Assembly (NCBI GenBank): GCA_963662285.2
Contig: CAXXMV010000008.1
Span: 1,408,001 to 1,472,000, forward strand
Origin: a bacterium
Lineage (GTDB): Bacteria; Hinthialibacterota; Hinthialibacteria; Hinthialibacterales; Hinthialibacteraceae
Direction of reading: 5' to 3'
DNA: 64,000 bases
The stretch's first letter is position 1, and the number at the start of each line of letters is the position of its first letter. The notes under the pieces are model-generated. The model was not told the origin of the DNA. It ran no database searches and was given only the letters and a program-made list of their open reading frames with translations. Of this stretch, positions 51,158 through 58,783 are shown in pieces. The position numbers were made by a program, and so were the translations under genes.

Positions 51158-51573
51158 ATTAGATATAAACCGTTGTTTCGCTTTGTTTTAACCTACTCAC
51201 AACGGATGTTTTTAGTGTGGCCGGTTAGGGTACACAGGGATCGGCCATAGATTTTGCTACTGCCGTCTACCCATAAGAACAGCAAAACTGCAATCCTTCA
51301 CAATAAACGGTTGATAAATGGCCGCAATAAATCCCGAATCTATATTTACCTGGGAACCATATAATGGTGTAATTCTTTCGCCAAAAGTCAATCAGACTAA
51401 AAAGAGAGTTTCTTGCACTCGCCCACTGAGAGACTGCGAATTGTTGCTCAAAAAAATAACAGTTGTTGAAACAAAAGCAATTCCGGGAAAAACTAAAAGA
51501 CAGACCCATTGCGATGAACCCCTAACCGGCGTGATCCATCCATGGATCTAACTTGCCTTCCCTGGCATGACAT
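51121..51573 (-). ncRNA. Candidate ~450-nt structured RNA transcribed from a sigma28 promoter
   Basis: Promoter and terminator bracket a gene-free region. Two ANGGAN hairpins, an 11-bp long-range stem (51220-51230 with 51520-51530) and nested stems. Confidence 0.6.
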
Positions 51574-51579
51574 AATTAA

Positions 51580-51606
51580 ATATCGGCTAAAAATGAAAAA
51601 TCTTGA
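51580..51606 (-). promoter_or_regulatory. Sigma28 (FliA) promoter
   Basis: TCAA-N15-GCCGATAT on the minus strand versus the consensus TAAA-N15-GCCGATAA. Confidence 0.8.
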
Positions 51607-51760
51607 TACATAAAAAGTCTAAATCATAAAGCAATTAGAACTTTCCGGTCTTTCGATTGTATTATTATGACTAAGTAGATTATGTATCAATCTGGATATC
51701 CAGTATTTAAAGGATGATCAGGATTTATCATTGGGCAACCTCGGTGGAAGGATCGTTATC

Positions 51761-51788
51761 GGGAAACCACAAGGGAATTGCACCCTAC
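51761..51788 (-). repeat. GTAG-type REP
   Basis: GTAGGGTGCAATTCCCTTGTGGTTTCCC on the minus strand. Confidence 0.5.
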
Positions 51789-51869
51789 TATTGGTTTGTA
51801 TATTTTTTTGCTAGTATTTATCAATGGATTTTATTTGAGAGTCGAAATAATTAAAAAGGTGAAATTAAA

Positions 51870-53153
51870 ATGAGAAAATGGATTGTTGCGATTGTTTATA
51901 TCTCGATTCTTCTTGGCTTCACGCCCGGCGTGTTCTGCGATGGCATCAAAGCCGGTTTTGCAAAGACAGAGATCACACCTCCTATAGGAGGCAATACGAC
52001 TGGATACTCCTCTGCAAAACCTACAGATGGGGTTCATGATCCTCTCTTCGCCAAAGTTTTGATTCTTCAATCAAGCGGAACAGTTATGGCGATTGTTTCT
52101 TGGGATTCATGCATCTTCAATTCGCCTTGGCTGCATGATCAAATGGCTGATTTGGGCATTGATCACTTGCTGCTTCTTAACACCCATACTCACGCAGGCG
52201 CCAACCTGAATCAAATGGATTTCCCATCAACCGAAAATCCCTGGCGCAAAACCGTGGAGCAACGCACTTTGGAAGCCATCAAAGAAGCCCAGTCTAATAT
52301 GTTTTCCGCTTTTTTCTCGGCTGAAAACGGTGCTATTCAACTGGGATATAACAGGCTGGTACGTCAACCGGAAGGACATTCTCTCACGCAGTTCGAGAAT
52401 CCAGACCGGATTCCTGTTGGTCCGGTTGATCCAACGGTTGGAGTGATCCGCATTACCGATGACGCAGGCAAGAATAAAGTTGTACTGGTTTGCTATGCAT
52501 GTCACCCGGTTGTTTTGGGTCCTAAAAACCGCAAAATCTCTGCTGATTATCCAGGCGTTATGTGCCGGGAAGTTGAAAAAGAATTGGGCGACGGCGTTCA
52601 ATGCATCTTCATCCAAGGCGGCGCGGGAGATATTAATCCGCTGATCTTAGCCCGAACCGGCGATGCTGAATTGGATTTTCCACTGGTGGAACGGATGGGA
52701 ACGCTACTCAGTGAAGAAGTTATAAAAACTTTCAAAAGAATGGAAGATGTTGAAGGAAAATCGGAATGTTTCTCTTATAAATCTAAAACACTTGAAACAA
52801 CCAATCGCTGGGAGCCTGAAAGCAAAATGCCTATCAGCGTAACCTCTGTGTTAATTAATCAGGAAATTGGAATAGTGACAATGCCCGGAGAACCGTTTCA
52901 TAAGTTCCAGGTTGATCTGCGCAATAAGTCAACCCTACCTCATACCTATTTCTTCGGGTATTGCTGCGACTCACCTCATGATTGGGCGCGTTACATTCCC
53001 GATCTTGAATCGGCGGCGCGCAGCGGGTATGGCGCAAGCGATACTACAATAGTTGAAGTTGGAACGGGAGAACGTCTGATAAATCAAGGTTTGGTCATGC
53101 TCTATGAAATGCGGGGTAAATTGATTGATAAACCGCAAAGGGTTGTTAAATAA
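51870..53153 (+). CDS. Neutral/alkaline ceramidase-like secreted hydrolase
   Basis: AGFAKTEITP, HDPL, THTHAG, YACHP, ISADYPG, QGGAGDINP, PGEPF. Confidence 0.85.
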   Translation: MRKWIVAIVYISILLGFTPGVFCDGIKAGFAKTEITPPIGGNTTGYSSAKPTDGVHDPLFAKVLILQSSGTVMAIVSWDSCIFNSPWLHDQMADLGIDHLLLLNTHTHAGANLNQMDFPSTENPWRKTVEQRTLEAIKEAQSNMFSAFFSAENGAIQLGYNRLVRQPEGHSLTQFENPDRIPVGPVDPTVGVIRITDDAGKNKVVLVCYACHPVVLGPKNRKISADYPGVMCREVEKELGDGVQCIFIQGGAGDINPLILARTGDAELDFPLVERMGTLLSEEVIKTFKRMEDVEGKSECFSYKSKTLETTNRWEPESKMPISVTSVLINQEIGIVTMPGEPFHKFQVDLRNKSTLPHTYFFGYCCDSPHDWARYIPDLESAARSGYGASDTTIVEVGTGERLINQGLVMLYEMRGKLIDKPQRVVK

Positions 53154-53202
53154 AAACAAAGCACCATCAGTGAAGTGATTGGTGTGTTTGGGGTGGATTT
53201 TT

Positions 53203-53231
53203 GGTGGGTCGATGAAGCTGACCCACCCTAC
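53203..53231 (-). repeat. GTAG-type REP
   Basis: GTAG-GGTGGGTC-AGCTTCATC-GACCCACC on the minus strand. Confidence 0.7.
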
Positions 53232-53281
53232 GCGAAAGTGGATTTTCATCGGCAAGCCGCAAAGGCTATTCAATAACATAC

Positions 53282-53319
53282 AAAATCCCCATTGTTTCAG
53301 GTGAAACAATGGGGGTTTT
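53282..53319. terminator. Bidirectional terminator between convergent genes
   Basis: CCCCATTGTTTC-AGGT-GAAACAATGGGG with A and T runs on the two sides. Confidence 0.8.
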
Positions 53320-53380
53320 AGCGTCATAATTTATTAATATGTAATACATATTTAATCTGTATTACATATATTAAACTGTA

Positions 53381-55234
53381 TTACTCCTGTGTTTTATCAA
53401 TCAGTAATATATTAATGGGCGCCATGGGATCCGATGGTGGATTGGTGTGGCAGGTTTTGCATTGATCCAGATCAGCATGATGGCCGTTGGTTTTATGTTC
53501 GGTGTGGCAAGGGATGCACAAAGCATGCATGGCTTCGAAATAACTACGGGCGGCATAGTTGTTCTCTTTGGAATTTTCAATATTTTTGAATAATTCTTGA
53601 TGGCATGTGGTGCATCTTTTTACCGTTACTTTTGATTTTGATTGATCAGCCGGATGACATTGAACGCAGGATTTATTGCCCTTCATCTTTTCTACATGAG
53701 ATTCATGATTAAAAATAGAAGTAGTATTATACATGTCGCTATGACATGACGAGCATGAACTGACGCCATCTTTAGGAAGGTTGGCGTGATGACACTTGAT
53801 GCAGCCTTCTTTGGCGCCAAGCATATCAGATAATCTTTTGGCATGATCCTTATGATCAAACCTGACGAATTCGTTGGAGCGGTTGCCATCAATGGTGAGG
53901 ATATCCAATCCGCGAGCTTCTTGTACGGGAGCATCCAAAGCGCGATAACCGGAGAACGCCGTTCCCGGTAATAGAGCAGCAGTTATGCCTACCACGAGTA
54001 TGCTGATGGTAGAAAATACCAGGACATTCTTTCTGAAACTATCTCCCAGATATACATTGGATACAGCATCAAAGACTGGCGCAGAGTATTTGATTTTATC
54101 CTGAGCCGCTTCTGCATGATCTTCATCAATAAACAGCTTGAAATTTTCTGCGCAGAAGATGTAAACCAAAGCGGCGCCGCTTACCAGTGAGGCGCTGATC
54201 ATGATCTCTATCCACGTCGGAAAATAAACTGATCCAGGTAATTTTTGTATAGCAATAAGACCTACGTCGAAGCGGTATAACACCATACCGAAAACAACCA
54301 TGATGGAACATGCCAGCAGAACATCCGACCTGGCCCGCAGTGAAGCGAATGAAAGCAGGATTGCGGGAATCAAGGCGCTGACCATGATTTCAAAGGTAAA
54401 GAGCATGCTTTGCCAGGAAGGATCGAAAAGCAATCCTATTTGACCGCGGACAGTGAGATCAATCAAACGCAAAGCAACGTAAAGGAATAAGACAATAGAC
54501 GCTGCTTTACCTAATCCAGCCAGTAGGTGTTGTTTGGGTTTATGATTAAAGAGCCATGTGGAGAAGAATGATTCCAAGGTCACCATCATCAAACCAAGGC
54601 CAATGGCGGTTACAAAGAACAATAACGGCAGCAAAGGCGAATACCAGAGCGCATGTAACCGATGAGGCATAATAAGGAATAATGAACCGAGAGAAGATTG
54701 ATGCAGAGTCGAGAGAACGATACCCGCGATAACCAGGGGTATGGTAGCCCATTTGAGCATACGGTGGATGGTTTGCAGCAAGGGATGTTGCAGCCATTTA
54801 TGCTCGAAAACCACTGGAGCGAACTCCAGCGCCAGTACGGTTAAGTAAAGCATCACGCACCAGGCCACTTCAAACAACACGGAATGGTGCTGCCAGTAAA
54901 TCATGGCATGCCAGATGCGCCAGGGGATGCCCAGATCGAACATCAGCCCGATGCCTACAGCGTTATAACCCAAAAACGCCGTTAATACCGCAGGTCGCAC
55001 AATGGGCTTGTATTTATCCAGGTGGAAGATATAAACCGTGGCGGCGATGACAAATCCACCGGCGGCCAGAGCAACGCCTCCCATTACATCGAAGACAATC
55101 CATAAGCCCCAGGGAACGTCATCGCTTAAATCGGTCACTACTCCCAATCCCGAAATAAAACGGGTGATAGCGAGGACGATGCCAACCGAAACCAATGCCC
55201 AAAGAATGGATTTAACTGTATTGAGTCTATTCAT
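53381..55234 (-). CDS. NrfD/HybB/HmcC-family membrane subunit fused to a hexahaem cytochrome c
   Basis: PWGLW..D...GVALAAGG, STLHQSSLG, about 11 TM helices; six CxxCH motifs (CIKCH, CSSCH, CVQCH, CTTCH, CIPCH, CKTCH). Confidence 0.92.
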   Translation of the reverse strand: MNRLNTVKSILWALVSVGIVLAITRFISGLGVVTDLSDDVPWGLWIVFDVMGGVALAAGGFVIAATVYIFHLDKYKPIVRPAVLTAFLGYNAVGIGLMFDLGIPWRIWHAMIYWQHHSVLFEVAWCVMLYLTVLALEFAPVVFEHKWLQHPLLQTIHRMLKWATIPLVIAGIVLSTLHQSSLGSLFLIMPHRLHALWYSPLLPLLFFVTAIGLGLMMVTLESFFSTWLFNHKPKQHLLAGLGKAASIVLFLYVALRLIDLTVRGQIGLLFDPSWQSMLFTFEIMVSALIPAILLSFASLRARSDVLLACSIMVVFGMVLYRFDVGLIAIQKLPGSVYFPTWIEIMISASLVSGAALVYIFCAENFKLFIDEDHAEAAQDKIKYSAPVFDAVSNVYLGDSFRKNVLVFSTISILVVGITAALLPGTAFSGYRALDAPVQEARGLDILTIDGNRSNEFVRFDHKDHAKRLSDMLGAKEGCIKCHHANLPKDGVSSCSSCHSDMYNTTSIFNHESHVEKMKGNKSCVQCHPADQSKSKVTVKRCTTCHQELFKNIENSKENNYAARSYFEAMHALCIPCHTEHKTNGHHADLDQCKTCHTNPPSDPMAPINILLIDKTQE

Positions 55235-56021
55235 TATCAGTCTCTTTTAACTCAGTCTCTTTCAACTCAGACTCTTCACCATTGGCGAGTTTCATCCGCC
55301 GTTCAATTATCCAATAAGTTCCGGCCATAACGCCAGCCATGCCAAGAGCGACGGGAGGAACTTTACTCAATGCCGCCCAGGTCAGATCAGGCAACGGTTT
55401 GTCGCCTATGTCCGGCTTCCAGGCCAGGAATTCCAAAGGAACATTGGAGATGTAGAGAACAGATGTTCCTCCAACCTCTTTTTCACCGAAAACTTTATTG
55501 ATATAGCCATCAGGATTATCAGCAATCCGTTGTTTGGCGATTTTAAGCAATTCATCGCGGTCGCCAAAGATAGTCGCCTGCTGTCTACATTCACTGGTAC
55601 AGGCAGGCGAGCCGTCATCTTTGATTTGTTCATAACATAAAGTGCATTTTTGGATATAGGGAACGGGAGATTTCCACTCATAGCGTGGGATGCCGAAGGG
55701 ACAGGCCATCATGCAATAGCGGCATCCGATGCATTTTTTCTTATCATAAATCACAGCGCCTTCGGGCGTTGTTTGCAGCGCTCCAACGATGCAGGCCGAA
55801 GCGCAGGCCGGTTTAAGGCAATGACGGCATTGCTTGCGGACAAAACTGGTCTGGTCATCTTTTTTAATATGCAAGACGCTGGTATATCGCTCGCCGGAAA
55901 GACCATCGCGGGAACGGTAATCTTTTTGGGGGATCGCCGGTAAGCCATTCCGTTTAGAGCATGCTTTAACGCAGTCGCCGCACCCGATACATTTTGTAAC
56001 GTCGGTCAGGATGCCTTTCAT
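55227..56021 (-). CDS. 4Fe-4S ferredoxin subunit (HybA/HmcB-like)
   Basis: CIGCGDCVKAC, CRHCLKPACASAC, CIGCRYCMMACP, CTLC..PAC..EC; C-terminal TM; ATGA overlap with the upstream stop. Confidence 0.92.
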   Translation of the reverse strand: MKGILTDVTKCIGCGDCVKACSKRNGLPAIPQKDYRSRDGLSGERYTSVLHIKKDDQTSFVRKQCRHCLKPACASACIVGALQTTPEGAVIYDKKKCIGCRYCMMACPFGIPRYEWKSPVPYIQKCTLCYEQIKDDGSPACTSECRQQATIFGDRDELLKIAKQRIADNPDGYINKVFGEKEVGGTSVLYISNVPLEFLAWKPDIGDKPLPDLTWAALSKVPPVALGMAGVMAGTYWIIERRMKLANGEESELKETELKETDNE

Positions 56022-56719
56022 ATCGGTTTCACCTCGCCGTGAACCTGGATTTCCACATCGCGTCCTGCTTCCGGCGGGAATTTCCATGCCAGTTCAGAGG
56101 TAACGCGAATAAAGGGATAGAGGATGCAATGAGTTATTTTGCTGAAGGGCGCCAGAATCATTAGAATATTACCCGCCATTGAATGAAAGAACATAGTGGT
56201 TGCATAAGGGACGGGATTATATGGCCTGGACGCGATATAGCCTGTTGTGAAAATCATTAATAAAAGAATTAACAAGAAGTAATCCATGAAACCGCTGATC
56301 TGGCGGGTAGTGCGGGTGAAGATGCGCAATACCAGCAGAATCGCTCCCGATGCTAAAGCGGCTAATGTTATAATATCAGCGATGGATTTCGGTAACGCGG
56401 GCCACCCGAATCCAATTCCCGACCTCCAGAGATTTATATGGTCCATAAGAAATAATGGAACAATAATCAATCCGACATGGAAGATAAATGACGAATAACT
56501 GGTTAATGGCAGGTTACGGTGCAGTCGATGTATGGGAAACATCCATGATATAACTCTTAAAATCATTTTTCCATAAGCATTATCACGATCCCGCGCACGG
56601 TAGATCATCTGGATAATGCCCCAGACGGCAAAGACGATATGCTGTAAAAATCCCAGAACCATAATTATGAAACAGAGCCTGAAGATCGGTCCTTGTGCGT
56701 ATGCCAATATTTCCTGCAT
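56018..56719 (-). CDS. NarI-like cytochrome b subunit (HmcE/TmcC/DsrM-like)
   Basis: Five TM helices; His residues in FIFH, MDH, FFH, PFSKITH. Confidence 0.88.
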   Translation of the reverse strand: MQEILAYAQGPIFRLCFIIMVLGFLQHIVFAVWGIIQMIYRARDRDNAYGKMILRVISWMFPIHRLHRNLPLTSYSSFIFHVGLIIVPLFLMDHINLWRSGIGFGWPALPKSIADIITLAALASGAILLVLRIFTRTTRQISGFMDYFLLILLLMIFTTGYIASRPYNPVPYATTMFFHSMAGNILMILAPFSKITHCILYPFIRVTSELAWKFPPEAGRDVEIQVHGEVKPI

Positions 56720-56788
56720 ATTGCATGCTCCTTTTTGTCAGAAAAAACGTACAGAATTGCGTTGCTTAGGGGTATAACGAATTATATA

Positions 56789-58201
56789 TTAATCAGTTTT
56801 TTCATTTTCAGGAAAACGTATAGCGCGAAGAATGAGGTCGTGCAATCCAACGACTTTTGCGGGGATTTTGTAGTATTCGATGATTTCCTTAAGTTGTTTT
56901 TTACAATTGGCGCAAGGGGCAATTACCAGTTCGGCGCCTGTAGCTATTATTTGATCCGCTTTAATTTTGCCGGTGACTTTCATACGGTAATCGTATACCT
57001 CATCAACCGAAACGGTCCCGCCGCCGCCGCCGCAGCAGTAATTTTCAGCGCCATGCGGAGTCATTTCGACGAAATTTTTAATAAATGAATTAATAATCTC
57101 TCTGGGTTGATCGACGATCCAGCCGGAACGGGCCATGTTGCATGGATCATGATATGTAACGGTCTCGGTAATAGCATCGGGATCAAGTTTAATCTTGCCA
57201 TCATGGATAGCGTTCATGGTGTATTCCATAATGCTGATAACCGGGATTTCTTCGCCTGTGTTAAAGGTGTTAACGAAGGCTTTGGAGGAGCGTGAAGCAT
57301 GGCCGCATTCACCCGTCAGAATCTTTTTACCTTTTAAGCGCCGCACTTCTGATATTTCTTTGTCGATGATGCGCCCCAGGATTGAATCGTTATAAAACAA
57401 ACCGTAATTGATGCCATCGAAATACTTGGTTCCGATGGTCCAGTTATCCTGGTCGCCGGCGGCGTAAAGCACCGCCGCATTTCCCATGAGCGTGTCCGGC
57501 TCAAGCAGGTAATCGCTGACTGCCGGGAAGAAGACATATTCGCGGTCTTCCTGATCAATGGGGAATTTGATTGTTTTGCCGGTTAATTCTTCCAATTCCT
57601 CTTCGAGGAATTCACAAGTATCAATCATGGCTGGAGCGGGTATAGCTGAGGTATTAGCTGATTTGCCCTCCAGTTGTTCACGGACGCTGACCAGAAGCGC
57701 TTTGGGAACGATGCCCATCTCGCTGAGAATATTACGCGCCAAGCGCATAATCAAAGCATGATCGACTCCCATGGGACATTCGAGGCTGCAACGACGACAG
57801 CCTGTGCAGTCATAAAAAGTGTCCAACATTTGATCAATAGTATCATCCTGCAAACCGGGGTCGCCCAGCATCCTACCGCGCAGCCAGCCACCGAGAGTGA
57901 AGTGTCTACGGTAAATATCGAGTAATATACGGGAACGTGCGCAGGGGACATCTTCGGGATCACCGGAAGCCTGATATATCTGACAGGTTCCAGCGCACCG
58001 GGCGCATTTGGTGGTAGCTTTGGAATAAATATCAATTAATGGCCCATAGTTGCTATGCCGTAAGATGGCTGCGAAAATTTCCAGGAATCGTTTTACCCGG
58101 CCATCCTCTAGAGGCGATTCAATATAATAGGGATATTTCTTGGGTTCTTTTTCAGGCGCCGCTTGCTTTTCTTGATCAAGTGATTCGACTTTAGAAGCCA
58201 T
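56789..58201 (-). CDS. HdrD-like Fe-S/CCG protein (HmcF/TmcB/DsrK-like)
   Basis: CARCAGTC, CTGCRRCSLECP, GECGH, YHDPCN, CCGGGGG, PCANC. Confidence 0.9.
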   Translation of the reverse strand: MASKVESLDQEKQAAPEKEPKKYPYYIESPLEDGRVKRFLEIFAAILRHSNYGPLIDIYSKATTKCARCAGTCQIYQASGDPEDVPCARSRILLDIYRRHFTLGGWLRGRMLGDPGLQDDTIDQMLDTFYDCTGCRRCSLECPMGVDHALIMRLARNILSEMGIVPKALLVSVREQLEGKSANTSAIPAPAMIDTCEFLEEELEELTGKTIKFPIDQEDREYVFFPAVSDYLLEPDTLMGNAAVLYAAGDQDNWTIGTKYFDGINYGLFYNDSILGRIIDKEISEVRRLKGKKILTGECGHASRSSKAFVNTFNTGEEIPVISIMEYTMNAIHDGKIKLDPDAITETVTYHDPCNMARSGWIVDQPREIINSFIKNFVEMTPHGAENYCCGGGGGTVSVDEVYDYRMKVTGKIKADQIIATGAELVIAPCANCKKQLKEIIEYYKIPAKVVGLHDLILRAIRFPENEKTD

Positions 58202-58783
58202 GGATCACTCCTTCATATTGACTAGGTTCACTGAAAACAGGACAATAGTCCTATTCGTTTAAGTGGGTTATTAGCGTACTGTAATTGGAGTTTAGCCCCC
58301 AACCTGGATTTATTAAGGTATTGCAGAATACAATACTACGAATATTGGAAGATAATACAAGTATAGGCTCAGCTTGTGTTGATCATCCATAAGACTCTGT
58401 TTATACCTCTGTGAGACGTTCTCCAGAGTTGCGCAATTCCACTTCACCAGATTGAATAATTTCCCATAGTTAATCGATTCTGTCAAGTATACGTGAAACT
58501 TTACAATGATTGCAGGCGTTTGATTACACGCTGATTATTACTTTCGGTTTAAAGAAGATTACTAGCGTATCACCTGAATTTAGAATGGTTTGCATAATGA
58601 AGTTCATATTGGCAATTTGAAAAACTTGCATTGATTTATGATAATACGAAAATAATTTTGACTACTACTTTAATTGTTGTCATGGAAGTAACTGGATAAA
58701 ATCGGTATTATTGATTTCTTGAATTGCGTAATGACGATATTCTGACGACAAAGAAGAAAACAAAATTAAAAGTGAGAGAAAAA

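Noticed and set aside
51340-51510. Group I intron-like words on the plus strand (CTGGGAACC, AATCAG, CTGAGAGACTG, AAGACAGACC)
   Set aside because: The P7 pairing is imperfect (GACUG versus CAGAC), there is no host gene, and the promoter and terminator point to the minus strand. A cmsearch would settle it.
51220-51530. Retron msr-msd or MITE reading of the 11-bp inverted repeat
   Set aside because: No reverse transcriptase nearby, no target duplication, and no second copy in the window.
58440-58510. Rex operator upstream of the Hmc-like operon
   Set aside because: GTGAA-AC-TTTAC has the wrong spacing and the alternative site matches only about 9 of 14 positions.
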